Made by a program: the position numbers and the translations under genes. A DNA stretch of 64,000 bases from Octopus vulgaris (lineage: Eukaryota): assembly GCA_951406725.2 (NCBI GenBank), contig OX597815.1, positions 182,776,001 through 182,840,000 on the forward strand, given 5' to 3'. Positions 50,318-64,000 of this stretch are shown in pieces (positions within the stretch are counted from its first letter, which is position 1; each line of letters opens with the position of its first letter). A model generated the notes under the pieces. That model did not search any database, was not told the DNA's origin, and saw only the letters and a list, made by a program, of their open reading frames with translations.

Positions 50318-51294
50318 GTGGAGGTGCTTATCTCCCCTGTTCGAAAAAAAGAAAAAAGGACACAAAACGTTTGTGTCACATAGTGAACTGGAAACGGTGT
50401 TTCCTGGGGCTAAATAGCAGTAGCATTCCTCCCTTTCCTGGGACTCCCACATTAAGCTGGCAACAAACCATCACTTCAAATAGATTTCGGAAATGGAAAT
50501 AATTGATCCTCGTTCTTAATTGCATAATTTTCAAATCCACTCATTTTATGAGAATCTCAAATCTTTTGACATACCTACGCTTTAAAAGATAGGAACTTCT
50601 CCATCGAATCATTTATTCATATTGTAGTGCATGTACGGATGTCCTTTTGTGTATATTTATGTATCGTATGTATTAATGTGTGTGTGTGCGTGTGTGTGTG
50701 TGTATGTGTGTGTGTGGAGAGAGAGACAGAGAATTTATATTTACTCTGGAGAAAATCCTTTCCGATTGATTTTCTCGTTCGATTGTATATATTTGACACT
50801 ATGTAATTTGTCTATTGTTGCCAGGTATCACTGTTTTTCTTTTCCTTTTTATCTCTTCTTAACTCAGTTTTCAAGCAAGGTTTCCATGTTGTTTCTTTTA
50901 TGAAATATGTCCTATGTCAGTTTCCATCAACAGCAATGTCGATGCTGCTGGGAACTGGCTCTTACAATATGAATCACCTGTTGAATATAATTCTTTCAGT
51001 TATATTGAAATGAAATATGTATATTGCTGGGTATCACTCAAGGGTATAAAATTACTGATTTGAAAGAATGAGAAATGAAAAATCAACGGATAAAAAATGA
51101 ACGGAAGAACTAGAAAGAACAAAGGGAGTTTGAAGTATAGTTATGAAATGAAAATGGCAGATTGAAGATAGGAATGGAAGAAAAGAGAGAAAGAGCGAAC
51201 GCCTCATAACTAGGTGAACGGAGGAGAAGAGGCGGCGACATGAATTAAACAAACAAGCAGGCAAATAAACAGCTAGAGAGATAGGAAAAAGAAG

Positions 51295-51580
51295 AGATAG
51301 ATCGATGGATGGATGGATACATAGATAGATAGATAGATAGGTAGATAGATAGATAGATAGATAGATGGGTAGATAGATAGATAGATGGGTAGATAGATAG
51401 ATAGATAGATGGATAGATAGATAGATAGATTGGTAGATAGGTAGATAGATTGGTTGGTAGATAGATAGATAGATAGATAGATAGGTAGATAGATAGATAG
51501 ATAGATAGATAGAAGGATTGGTAGATAGATAGATAGATAGATAAAAGGATTGGTAAATAGATAGATGGATAGATAGATAT
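51295..51580. repeat. Degenerate (GATA)n microsatellite
   Basis: Read directly from the sequence. Confidence 0.95.
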
Positions 51581-52417
51581 GATGCGATATGAAAAATCCA
51601 CATAAAAATTATGAATTACTGAGATTTACACAGAAACCAAAAAACGTTAGTAAAATGAGAATGAAATAGAAACACGAGATAACTTTTGGAAAGAGAAACA
51701 AATGAACGAAGCCAAGATTTGCACAAAGACAGAGAAAAATTGCACTTTAGCAAGGAAGCGAAGAATATGAAAAAATGGAGGGAATAAAGTAAAAAACGAA
51801 ATACTAAAATATTACTGAATAAGTGAACGACCAAAAGAATAAAACAAAGAAAGAAAGGATAGGGACAACCGTAACGCAGTATTTGAAAAACAATAAAATT
51901 AAAACTAGATAAATGGAGAGATATAAATATCACGGATATGTTAGCAGGATAGAATATTACAGCAACATTTGTAATTATATTATAAAAACAAATGATATCG
52001 AATCCGGAGTTTTATAACGTCCAATTGCAATTACATTCAGTAATATTTTTGTACGTTATTGTGTTATTGGTAGTAAAGAAATTTTATTTTATTTTTCATA
52101 AAGGTGTTACTCGCTTCCTTTGATTTCTTTTTGGCATAGTTTTTCAGTGTCACGTACATGTTTTTATTGTGTGTTTTTTTAAAAAAACATTGATATAAAA
52201 GTTATCAGATTGTGAAAAGAAAAAAGTAATGTAGGGGTTGGTGATTAAGTTCGGCTTCAAGTGATGACGTAAAACTAAAAAAAAAAAAGAGAATGAATCA
52301 AACAGCAGGAGAAAGATGGTTCATGCCATTAAGTCATTCCATTCGAAATGGAAATTTCATGGAACGTCCAATATTCGTACACATCAAACGTACTTCTCAA
52401 AACAACGGGTGCATATC

Positions 52418-52484
<67 letters not shown>

Positions 52485-52592
52485 ATGTGTGTGTGTGTGC
52501 GTGCGTATTACATGTATACACACACTGTGTACACCTGCATCTGTGACTGTGCATATGTGAAAAATGTTTTACATTAGAAACTCCCTCTCTTC

Positions 52593-52646
<54 letters not shown>

Positions 52647-52714
52647 GTGCATATACATATATATATACACACACGCATACATGCCTACATATGCGTACAC
52701 ATATTTAATGATAA

Positions 52715-52745
<31 letters not shown>

Positions 52746-52845
52746 CATACGAGTGAGTGGACAAACGAAAGAAGTAGACTCAACACATTTATTGGAAATA
52801 AAATGTATGAAGCAAAACAGTTTGATTCAAACTCGAGAGTTTCAA

Positions 52846-53073
52846 GCTAATCTTCAGCCATTTTGAATTTGAATGAAAGAAATTGATTATTACCGTAAGG
52901 TAGGCTGCGATTGATCGAGGAAAGTTAAGTGGTGTCGTGATTTGATGTTAGTACAACCATGTATCAGTGATGGTAGTTAGTAGGAAAACTAACTTCCTCG
53001 ACCAATCGCAGCCCTCGTTACGGTAATAACAATCAACTACTTTCATTCAAATTCAAAATGGCATAAGATTAGC
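52846..53073. mobile_element. Fold-back MITE-like element with about 82-bp inverted arms
   Basis: GCTAATCTT..GCCATTTTGAATTTGAATGAAAG...GGCTGCGATTG.TCGAGGAA.GTTA (52846-52927) is mirrored at 52990-53073, with a spacer of about 62 nt. Confidence 0.8.
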
Positions 53074-53269
53074 ACGCTGCTCGTAGGCACCAGAGTGAAT
53101 AAAAAATTAGTTAATCCTATACTCGAGCTTCGCTGTTAATGACGAAATAAATTAATTTTGTTCGTCAGTAGGATCGCTAGAGAATGCATAATTATATAGC
53201 TGTAATATATACCGAAAACACGAGGTAAACACATGCAGAAGATAACTCCATCATTACACATGTGGAGTA

Positions 53270-53417
53270 TATTTAGCCCAATACTCAACTGATACTAATA
53301 TTGAATCCAAAAGGATGAAATGCAAATTCAACCTGGTTGAATTCGAACGTAAAGACGGGCGTAATGCGCTAAGCATTTTGCCCAGTGTGCTAACAATACG
53401 GCCAACTAGTTGCCTTA
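53270..53417 (-). mobile_element. SINE family D, diverged
   Basis: GCTAAGCATTTTGCCCAGTGTGCTAAC and AAAGGATGAAA match 20418-20624. Confidence 0.7.
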
Positions 53418-53436
53418 ATTTACTAGATATATTAGG

Positions 53437-53631
53437 TGGCAAGCTGGCAGAATCGTTACCATGCCGCGTGAAATGTTTAGCGATGTTCTGAGTTCAAGTT
53501 CCTCTGAGGTCTACTTTGCCTTTCATCCTTTCGGGGTTTATAAATTAAGTACCAATCACGTACTGGGGTCGATCTAATCGACTGGTCCCCTCCCCAAAAA
53601 TTTCGAGCCTTGTGCTTAGAGCAGAAAAGAA
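53437..53631 (+). mobile_element. SINE family D (alternative tail)
   Basis: GGTGGCAAGCTGGCAGAATCGTTA head; tail CCCCTCCCCAAAAATTTCGAGCCTTGTGCTTAGAGCAGAAAAGAAT. Confidence 0.88.
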
Positions 53632-54143
53632 TTTACGAAGTATGATTTGTGAAAATTTCATATAAAAATTGAATTCCAATCATGTATTTTCTTCTTGAAG
53701 AACTTCTCGAGAACAATTAGATAGGCATCTGCAGATAGCATCATATAGATTTTTACGACATGGTGGAAAATGGAAATCGTAATTTTATTATGCTGTGATT
53801 TTTGGCAAGTTGGATAATGTCGCTCTAGAAACAAAATATCATTGATTATCTTAACGTCTGTATTATTCAGCTGCAATTATGCTGGAGATCTGAATTTATG
53901 TAAAAGAATATTGTGAGAATGGAAACCATTGGGGGCTTTCTTACGCATTTCTTATATCTGTTTAAAAAAAGAGCCAAGTCTTCCCCCAATCATACCTTTG
54001 AATAATTAGGCAAGAGAATATAGTCGGAAATCCTTTGGTCAGGTTTTTTATGAAAACAGATGAAGCTTAAACTGAATTGAAATAAATAGATTGTCAAGTG
54101 ATTTCTAATGTATTGCAACCGTGAAGTAGAGTTTTAGAATAAC

Positions 54144-54359
54144 CTCTCTACAATAGGCGCAAGGCCTGAAATTTTGAGGAAGGTGAGGGCAGTCGATTAG
54201 ATCGACCCCAGTAAGCAACTGATATTTAATTTATCGAGCCCGCAAGAATGAAAGGGGAAGTCGACCTCGGCGGAATTTGAACTCAGAACGTAGCGACGGG
54301 CGAAATATCGCTAAGCATTTCGTCCAGCGTCCTAACGATTCTGGCAAGCTCGCCACCTT
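54144..54359 (-). mobile_element. SINE family D (alternative tail)
   Basis: Full head and body; TSD TTTTAGAATAAC on both sides. Confidence 0.88.
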
Positions 54360-55959
54360 AGTATTTTAGAATAACGAAATCTAAAACAATCAAATACAGT
54401 TGTTCTTATGTCATTTTTCTTATAGAAATTAATTGGCAACACAATTTGATTATTCTTGAGGCAAGTCAAACTCACAAAAATTATTCAGTACTAAATAATT
54501 TGAATATCTCTCATTACTGCCCCATTTTTACTGATATATCTGCCTACGTATAGGCGTAACTCTATGTGTCCTGTTTCATTGCTCTACTCTGAGTAATTGT
54601 CGCTTTTATCTCATTGCATATAGTGTTATTTTCATAACTTTATTATTTTTATTTGTGAATTTTTGCCCGATTACAAGCATATGCCTGTGTGTTTGTGTAA
54701 ACATAATATAGAAACGTACGTGTTAATCTCTAAAAGTGAAACTATTTACTATTGGAGATAAAAGAATTTTGCAGTCCGTTATTGGGCATAACCAGAGAAA
54801 TCTATAACAATTTTGATTACTATCGAGTCAATAGCAGCATATTTGCTTTCTCTAAGATACCCACCCACTTCATTCCAATGTGTGAATAAAGTTCCCCATT
54901 TATTTCAATATCTGATAAACTCGTTTATCAGCCTTTTTAAAGTAACGATTCTCTAATGTGATACCAAACACGTTTTCATATTTACCATTATTTTCTACTA
55001 AACATTCCAGTCAACCATAAACCTCTCAGTTCCTATTCTCTTGGCTGTTTTTACTGAAGTTCACTGACTACAAGTATTTAGACTAAATCCCGGTCTGTTA
55101 ATTACTTCCCCTCCTCGTCCAACCTGTCTCTAATGTTCTGTCGAGGGACCTAGTTCTTGTTACAATAGATGTCTTAATTTAATAATACGCATAAATGTTC
55201 TAATTTAATTAATATTGAATGAATACAGCAATCATTATTGCGGAGCCTTATGATAACATGTGCCTCTTTCGCATTCCGTGCCACATCTATTTTCTGTGTC
55301 TAGATTTTATCCCCCCCCCCTCTTCAATGACTAAATCAACGAAAGTAAGAAACTAAATTCTAGTAATATTCCTTTCTATTCAGCGACTAAACATTTGCAG
55401 CTACATTCGCATGTGAGAATATACCGAATGGGAAAGTTCTGACACTCTATATCCAAACATATATATATGTATACAAGGACATTTCAAATGATAAATTATT
55501 AAAGTAAATACCATAACCTAGAGAAGCATACCCAAACAAGCACGCACGTACGTATCATGAAGTTTATAGAAACTCTTGCATATGAACGTAGAGAGACAAT
55601 AGAATAGAAAATCAGAAAGGAACGGAAACACATTGGAATAAATATTTGATTTATAATACAACACAAGAAAGTATTTATTGCAACTCTCATTTCAATAATC
55701 AATATGTGAATTTGGATTGCGAGTCATACCTGAAAATCCATCGAGGGGTGATATAAATTTAATGAATTTCAAGTTACTAATACATATGTGTATAAATCCA
55801 TGCACACATATGAAATCTATTCATTTATTAATTGACGTTCAAGCTGGTCGAGGTTTCCACTGACACGTGTACTCTTAACATAAATCTCCGACGAAATCGT
55901 ATGATTTATGGTTACGAAACTGCAACTTTAAGAAGCCTGAAGGATAGACTATAGTAGCT

Positions 55960-56490
55960 CACATTTTGACTTATTTTAGAACATAGTTGAGTCCATAAAA
56001 TAGGATTTGATTACACCTCCTTTTAGAGCACAGTTTAAGCTATGTTTTCGTGGAAGAAGTTTTATGTTCCTATAACCGGTGTTAATTCTGTAACCTTTTA
56101 AAATGGAAGATGACAAAGTTCATTTTCGGCACTTGATGCTTTGAGAACCAGACAAAAATTGATGCAGCTCGGCTGGGATGTGTTACCCCACCCTCCATAT
56201 ACACCGGATATTGCCCCTTTGGATTTCCACTTATTCAGGTCTCTGCAGAATAGTCTTAATGGTAAAAATTTCAATTCCTTGGATGACGTAAAAAGATACC
56301 TTGATGAATTCTTTGCCATGAAACATCCTCAATTCTGGGTAGAGGGTATTTTCAAGTTAAAGGAAAAGGTGGAGACGCATTGTGCAACATAATGGTTCAT
56401 ATCTGGTTGATTAAAAATGTGATGGGCAAGTATTTATTGAACTTTTTCTTTCCTTTAAAAATCGGCACGTACTTTCCGGACAACCCAATA
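55960..56490 (+). mobile_element. Internally deleted mariner transposon
   Basis: N-terminus MEDDKVHFRHLML (56103) is fused directly to the C-terminus RTRQKLMQLGWDVLPHPPYTPDIAPLDFHLFRSLQNSL (YSPDLAPSD motif). 3' TIR ...ACTTTCCGGACAACCCAA + TA. 5' TIR not found. Confidence 0.9.
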
Positions 56491-56539
56491 AAATAAATAC
56501 ATATACACGTACACGCACACCTACACCGATATGTGTGTG

Positions 56540-56590
<51 letters not shown>

Positions 56591-56804
56591 ACGCGGCCAA
56601 GCGCGTAAAGAGAGAACAAATAAAGGCAGAGATAGCGACTGACACGAGGACTTGTGCTTTGTTTTACTTCGTAGATTTTAATGTTCGTCTGTCTTACGCT
56701 AGTATTTTATAAAAACTACGAGCGCTTAGGTGTTATTTTGTGTGCAGTTACATTTGAGAGATTATGCGCATGCGCACATAGACCCGCGCCTGTGTGTGTG
56801 AATG

Positions 56805-56853
<49 letters not shown>

Positions 56854-57720
56854 GTGTCTCTGTGTGTGCGCGTGTCCATGCATGTGTATGTGTATGCGTG
56901 TGAATGTGTGGCTGGCATTTATCTAAGTGTTTGTATATGCCTGTTCGAAGATGTTAAGAAGGTTAAACATTTGAACAAACGACTTTGTTTCTAGATATAA
57001 ATATATAATACTTGTCTATTACGTGCTAATCGCTCCAGAATTAATGGGAGAGAAAGATAATTTTAGACTAGCGAATAGTAGACTGCTTCCCGCGTCCACA
57101 CTACTTTCTCTTTCATTCTCTCGTCTAAAAATATACGTCTTCACTCTGACAAGTCTCAGAAGTCACTATCAGTTATATGACAGCAAACGGTTTTATTTCT
57201 TTAATTATTTATTATTAACATAGATTAGATTTATCTCTGGATTTTCTTTCCTTAGCACTTTTTGCATCCTGGCGTGTATATGTGCGCTGTTTAGAAATAT
57301 ATGTATTCGCATGTGTGTGGATTTAGGTAAGATTTTACGAAACATTTTTGTAGTCCATGGTGAATATATGAACATATGATGAAATACGACATGAATTTTG
57401 CTTTCTTTTATCTTCAGAAATGCTCAGTTAACCTTGCTAAAAAAAGATAGTGAATTTTCAGTGATTCCAATGCGCAGTCGTCTGTACAAATGTGCGCATA
57501 TCCATGTGTGTGTGTATGTGTGTGTGCTTGTGTGTGTCCGGACATGCGTATATATATGAGTGGACATGTACTTGTGTGTGTGTGTGTGTGTGTGTGTATT
57601 TTTAATAGGTTAATAGTCAAAGACGAGAATCCACTCAGGTTTTTTCTATCTCTAGGAATATATTTACATAAATATTTATACAAATATAATCACATGTCCA
57701 TATTCATATATAAATTTATC

Positions 57721-57766
<46 letters not shown>

Positions 57767-58509
57767 AAATTGATTTATGTATGCATATATATATATGTAT
57801 GTATGTATGTATGTACATATGTATGTATACGTAAGAATGTCGAACGATGAAAATGAGTGCTTGACACCGCATTGGTGGATATAATTTCTTTATTTGTGAA
57901 GTAAAGCTACCATTGGTTTCATGTTAAGAAAAATTAGGAAAATATCCTAGTGTCTTAACAATTTTTCTACCCGATCACAGGAGAAAGTTGTTCGCCTCCA
58001 GTTTGGAAAGATAAATACATACATACATACATACATATATAGAAGCAAATATACACACACACACGCTTGTGGATGTTTGTGTATCGGTATGTTTGTGTGT
58101 GTGCATTCGATATAAATAGGCCTGAAGACAGAATATGCTCCGCTGGTCTATAGCCTTTTCTTTATTTAAACAGTTACATTTCAAATTTGACAACACGTTT
58201 GTATATCGAAAAATATAGTACTTTATTTTCTTGATAACCGCTAAACCGAGATCGCAAGATGACTAATTAAAGAATTAATAAATACACAATTACATTTTTA
58301 TTATATAAATTATGTAAAGCACTAAAATCCGAACAGTTTCTGCGACGTTACTCAGCTTATTTTAGAATGGGAGATTACATTGGCCATAGTGTCGTTTGAT
58401 ACCTTTTAAAGATCGAAACATATAATATAGTGATATATGAATAGGAAATGAAAAGTTTAGCGGAATATTTTTTTATGCAATTATAAGAAAAATCGAAGAA
58501 GCTATATAT

Positions 58510-58711
58510 TCTTTTCTACTCGAGGGACAAGGTCTGAAATTTGGGGGGAGGAGGCAGTCGATTAGATCGACTCCAGGACGCAACTGGTATTTAACTTATC
58601 GACCCCGAAAGGACGAAAGGCTAAGACGACCTAGGCGGAATTTGAACTTAGAACGTAAAGTCAGACGAAATACTGCCAGGTGTGCTAACGTTTCTGCCAG
58701 CTCGCCGCCTT
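58510..58711 (-). mobile_element. SINE family D (alternative tail)
   Basis: TSD GAAGCTATATAT at 58498-58509 and 58715-58726. Confidence 0.9.
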
Positions 58712-58914
58712 GATGAAGCTATATATGGAATTAATTTCAGAGCATTTTATAACGTTTAAGCTTTTAAAAAGATTTGAACTGGTAAAATAGCGTTAAGTTA
58801 AACTACTATGAACTTAAGCTTCAATAAAGAAACACAAAATAGGAACAGTGGCCGCAGTGAATGTGTACAATAGAGACGAAGAGAAATAGTCAGCTTTCTG
58901 CACAGATATTATGG

Positions 58915-59090
58915 CTTCAGATTTTGGCACAAGGCCAGACGTTTCGGCAGAGGTTAGGCTTAGGGGGAACAAATCGATTACATCTATGCCCAACAGGTAC
59001 TTAATTTATCGTCCTCCGATAGAATGAAACGCAAAGTCCACCTCGGAGGAATTCGAGCTCAGAACATAGAGATAGCCGAAATACCGCTGA
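58915..59090 (-). mobile_element. SINE family D, diverged
   Basis: GGCACAAGGCCAG...GGTACTTAATTTATCG...GAATTCGAGCTCAGAAC. Confidence 0.7.
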
Positions 59091-62052
59091 CCTTTGCAAA
59101 TGCATATCTCAAATGGATGCTACAAGCAATTATTTTAGTTCAATTATATTAATAGAATAGAGATGGAGTTACTTTGTGATCATATCTATAACTTTTATAA
59201 ATATATAAACTAATTTTATATAAACTAATTTTATATAAACTAATTTCGCAGAAGCTAAATTCGTAGAAGCTAATTTTATATTGGCCTTTAATTTTTTCGA
59301 CACTTTATCATTTCTCTTTAATGTTGTTCTGTGAATCTTTATCTAGTTCTAAGTTTGTGTTTTTTTTTTTCTCGCGTACCTTTTCCAAGGCCTTCACTAA
59401 TACAAGACAAAGCTGTTCATTTTTACAATAAAATCCTCAAGCCAAGTTCTAAACTATTCTAAAAGAGATCCTGATATGCATTTCTGTCGTGCTATGAAAA
59501 AAATCATTTTATATTTATGATATACAAATTAAAATATTATATAAAATCATATAGAAACGGCAGAATACATATGCGCCTAATACAGCTCCTCTTACATGAA
59601 CGCATTCTGTTACTCCATCTTTCATCTACTCATACATGCCTTTGTTCCCATTTTCTTATTTAACTGTTCAGGCCCAGCTCTGATTAAATAAGATTTCACC
59701 AACAGTATTGCAGTCGTCACCAGCCTATGTTTTAAACATAATGCGGTTAATAGTAAAACATTTGGTGTGTGCTTCATTTCGTAAAACAATATTGTGGGAT
59801 TTCTGAAAGGTTGACTGAATTCATAGAAATTTCCTAGTCAGCTTGCCATACATATAGTAGATTCTCACTGTGCTATGTTTTAGAAATTCGTTTAACAATT
59901 CCAGTGTTTTGAAAGTGCCATTAACAAATTCAGTCCATATGAGCAATTTTTTTTTAAATCTTTGAATCAGAAATGAATTTTTAACAAAAATCTGTTTTGA
60001 CTTTCTGTGTTTCTCTCGATCACTGCTAATTTATATTCGTGCCGTTTGTTCTCGTGATTTATGAATTACAAAATGTATAAATTAAATTTTTTACGTCTTT
60101 TCTGTAATCTTTTTTCATTTATCTTTTGTAGCTTCCTGAACGTGTGGAAAATTAACGGAGGCATTGATGCAGAAAAGTCACTATTTTACAACACGCTCTC
60201 ATCAAAACGTACTCGCCAAACACAGTAAAATGCTTTGGAAGCCATTAAAATAGGAGAACTGCGAAATGGTTACTATTTATTGTTTATAAAAACACTTGTG
60301 TAAAATATAAAGCACATCGAATAATAAAGTTATACGAACACATCAGTGGAAATCATCAAATGATGTTGCAGATGAACCGACCAAAAAAATATCCTCAACA
60401 TGTAGTTAAAATGCAAATACGACTCTTCTAATGCAACGGAAGTAATAACTTGTATTGATTAAACTTGCATTGCTTACAAAAAATGTCAAGAAAAAAAACA
60501 CTGAATGTGTTGGAAGAGAAGTAACAAAAAGAAACAAGAATCGTCAAAGTAACGCAATTTTCATCAATCTCATCATCTTCAGAATCACCAATTCAACAGA
60601 ATAAACAGCAGCTGTAACAATAACAACAACAACTATATCAACACCACCACCAACAACAACAATAATAATAATAAAAGGAAGAACAACAAGAATAAATGGG
60701 ATCAGTTATTTTAAATTTTCATAATTTCATGGAATATATATCAAATTACAAAGGAACGTTGCTCGCTTTCCATGCAACAAGCAATAATGAAGTATACTCG
60801 AATCAACATTTATATTTTGAATAGTGGCATGCACCGAAACTGTATAAATATCTTCATTTGATAAAAACAAAAAGTGGAAATCAGATTTAAAACACACTTT
60901 CTTATATCCTCAACTCTCCATATCGAATTACCTCAATTACTTGGTGAAACAAGTAAAATACACATTCCAGAAGAGGATGCACATAGTCACTAAGGAGCCT
61001 TGTTTTAAATAAGCATCTAAAACAAACAGAAAAAGTGAATATCGATTAATTATATCTATCAATTTCATTGCAAAATATTTCTTACAGAAGCCTGTCCACT
61101 GTATCCCGAGCATTATTTTTAAATAATACACACACACGCACACACATGTATATATATCGAGAGAAGTTTGCTACATATTACATATGTAGTATCTATTATT
61201 AATAGTATCTATTAAATCTCGATTTTCATTACGAAATAAATTTCACTAATAGTTAAATACACAGGCAATAATTCGTATTATGAAAGCATTTTGTCATAAT
61301 AATGCTTACGTCCTCTCATAAATGTATTTTTCTGTGTTATATCATAATTATTACCATCAATTAAAGGCGTATTTCACAAAATAGTCAAAACGGCATTTTA
61401 TTCAATATTCCGCTATGACAATACAATGTTTACAAAGTTACTTGAGATTCTCTTTTATTTGAAATATTATTAGATCTCTAATTTTTCTGAGTTAAAATAG
61501 AAATGCTTCAATGAAACAATAAGCTTCTATGGCTAAATGATAATCTTCTCTGGCTAAATAACAAAAGCCTATGAAGTGGAAAAGCAAAGCAATCAAACCT
61601 ACAACTCGCTATGACTAGGCTCATTCTATTTCCTGTGATATAGTAGTCGGCATTCCGTTGTTTTAGCATTATCTATTTAGATAGAGAAATTCATTTTATT
61701 TTTCATATATATTAAGAGTGAATATTAATTATATAATTTATTTAATAAATAATATATATTTATAATTTATAGGCCTTTAGATCATACTGTTATATTTATA
61801 TATTTACACATATCCTTGCAAAGAAGTTAAAATGAGATCTAAATCTGTTTAAAATACATTGATAAAGCAGGCCAATAACAGTAAAGAGGATTAATTGTAA
61901 CTTATTTATTCACAAGCATAAACATTTATGCATCTTCATTTTGTTCCATGCCGCCATATAAAAGCTGAAGGAGAATATAAAGCTCTCCGCTGAAAACCAA
62001 GTGTCACTTGCTCTGTTCCGTCGTAATCCGAAGACAGTGGGAGTGACCATTC

Positions 62053-63348
62053 ATGCTGAATCACGCAGGAGCCTACAATGATACAGGAAACACGTCATTG
62101 CTCGAGTATTATGATGTTGCATTCAATGACACATCCTTTACAAAACAGGGTTTCACCTACGAACTAAAACACCCTAGTATTGGCATACTGCTTTCCGTTT
62201 TTTCTTTAATTACTATTGTGGGAAACATTCTAGTTATTGTGGCAGTTACTCGGGAAATATATTTAAGGACCGTGACAAATTATTTCATTGTGTCTCTGGC
62301 TGTAGCTGATCTTATGGTAGGAGGTATTGTAATGCCCTTCAGTATTAGTCACGAAATGACCAACAATGTTTGGCTGTATGGACCTATTTGGTGTGATTTG
62401 TGGCATTCGTTTGACGTACTGGCAAGTACTGCTTCCATCATGAATTTATGTGTAATTTCACTCGACCGATACTGGGCGATTAATGATCCAATTTCTTATC
62501 CAATTAGAATGTCTTCGAGTAAGGTAAGCCTTCTTATAACTGGAGTTTGGTTATGCTCGGCAACGATATCCTTCCCAGCTATTGCTTGGTGGCGAGCTGT
62601 AACACCCCCAGACTTGCCGAGTAACCAGTGTATATTCACTGAAGACACGGGGTATTTAATATTTTCATCGTGTGTATCGTTTTACTGTCCCCTCATTATC
62701 ATGCTATTCGTTTATTATAAAATCTACAAAGCTGCAGTGGCTCAAACGCGAAGTATCAAAATGGGATGCAAAGTAATGATGTCAAGTAGCATGGATGGAG
62801 AGGCAATGACACTTCGGATGCACAGAGGAGGTCGGAAGCGGACAACACATGAAAATGACACAAGCGCTGAACGAAATGCAAGTGACAGTGATAGTGGCAG
62901 TCCTGCTCACTTAGTTCGTGCTCAAGCAGGAGAACGGCCAACAAAATTTATCACAAAGCGCCTTAGACATTTTGCAATTAGTAAAAAACTAAGTAAGATT
63001 GCCAAAGAACAGAAGGCAGCAAAAACACTTGGCATTGTTGTAGGCGTTTTCATTCTCTGTTGGCTCCCTTTCTTTATAACTAATCTCCTATTAGCACTGT
63101 GCAAAACGTGCGTCGTTTATCCAGAAGTACTCTTTCCAGTTTTCACTTGGTTCGGATATATTAATTCAGGAATGAATCCAATCATATATGCTCTATCGAT
63201 GCGAGATTTCAGACGTGCATTTTCAAAGATTATTTTTATCTGTTGTCCTAAATATGGTGTCATTCGTCGCCAAACGGCTAATGATAACAATACTAGTACA
63301 AGCTTTACAGTGAGCACTGTTGACCGTACCGTTCCATATAAACTGTAA
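62053..63348 (+). CDS. Dop1R2: Invertebrate-type D1-like dopamine receptor (Dop1R2/INDR-like), class A GPCR, 431 aa, single coding exon
   Basis: Seven TM helices; GN (TM1), LAVAD (TM2), TM3 Asp in SFDVLASTAS, DRYWAI, TM5 serines FSSCVS, CWLPFF, NPIIY. Subfamily signatures ISFPAIAWWRA, AAVAQTRS, TLRMHRGG and SKKLSKIAKEQKAAKTLG resemble Drosophila Dop1R2. Three N-terminal N-glycosylation sequons. Confidence 0.92.
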   Translation: MLNHAGAYNDTGNTSLLEYYDVAFNDTSFTKQGFTYELKHPSIGILLSVFSLITIVGNILVIVAVTREIYLRTVTNYFIVSLAVADLMVGGIVMPFSISHEMTNNVWLYGPIWCDLWHSFDVLASTASIMNLCVISLDRYWAINDPISYPIRMSSSKVSLLITGVWLCSATISFPAIAWWRAVTPPDLPSNQCIFTEDTGYLIFSSCVSFYCPLIIMLFVYYKIYKAAVAQTRSIKMGCKVMMSSSMDGEAMTLRMHRGGRKRTTHENDTSAERNASDSDSGSPAHLVRAQAGERPTKFITKRLRHFAISKKLSKIAKEQKAAKTLGIVVGVFILCWLPFFITNLLLALCKTCVVYPEVLFPVFTWFGYINSGMNPIIYALSMRDFRRAFSKIIFICCPKYGVIRRQTANDNNTSTSFTVSTVDRTVPYKL

Positions 63349-63754
63349 GACGATAAAAGCACGTGGAGATAAGCCAAATGAAAAAAATACCTCTTTGAAA
63401 TAACATTTTCATAAAAAGAAATTGAATTTTGAGTTTGTCCACTAGAGAGGTATCTCCCTATGTGTCGAACTCGTGAATGAGATAATGAAAGGTTCCGTAA
63501 ATATATAAAACAGAATCAAAACAGTGTAAGACAGAAAACTTGAATTTCTACATGAATGATCTGTTAACGACTTTACACATAATTATATATTTACACACAT
63601 TACTGTTAATATAAATATGAATGTACTGTTAGGTATGTAATCATTGCATATTTATATAAATTGGTTATGAACTCATAAGCGCATGTATATATGTATATCA
63701 TTTATAAACTGTGTTCACATGTTTACAATCACATTTACACGATGCATACACATC

Positions 63755-63820
<66 letters not shown>

Positions 63821-64000
63821 CATGTATACATACACATATATGTGTGTAAAAATCTATATATATGCATGTATACATATATATATATATATGCAAGTACATA
63901 GTATACATACAAATATATATGCATATATATATGTATGTATATATATATATATATATATATATTCATAAGTGTATATACATATATGTATATATAAGCATAC

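Larger units (their letters stand above)
57327..60131 (+). other. Possible 5'-UTR intron of the dopamine receptor gene
   Basis: Donor TAG|GTAAGA at 57327, downstream of a CpG- and (CT)n-rich region. Long pyrimidine tract ending TTTTGTAG at 60131. Splice motifs only, no transcript support. Confidence 0.3.

Overview
AT-rich, microsatellite-dense animal genomic DNA. The SINE families and repeat landscape suggest Octopus or another coleoid cephalopod (inference). The only host protein-coding gene is an intronless aminergic GPCR at 62053-63348 (+), closest to the invertebrate-type dopamine receptor Dop1R2/INDR. The rest is repeats: about 20 modular tRNA-derived SINEs, two non-autonomous Helitrons, a fold-back MITE, a candidate solo LTR, relics of mariner, maT, RTE, Gypsy and HERO elements, and several Penelope-type hammerhead ribozyme motifs (one with a fully canonical core). 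The most notable structure is at 20863-28047. It holds a full-length Tx1/L1-type LINE (22645-27934, minus, exact 15-bp TSD, one frameshift) lying head-to-tail with a divergent ORF1-only element that has its own 3' tail but no ORF2. Both sit between a 49-bp imperfect inverted repeat. The LINE, the ORF1-only element, a further relic and one SINE family share a covarying 3' stem-loop just before AATAAA-like tails. All alignments were done by eye; no searches were run.
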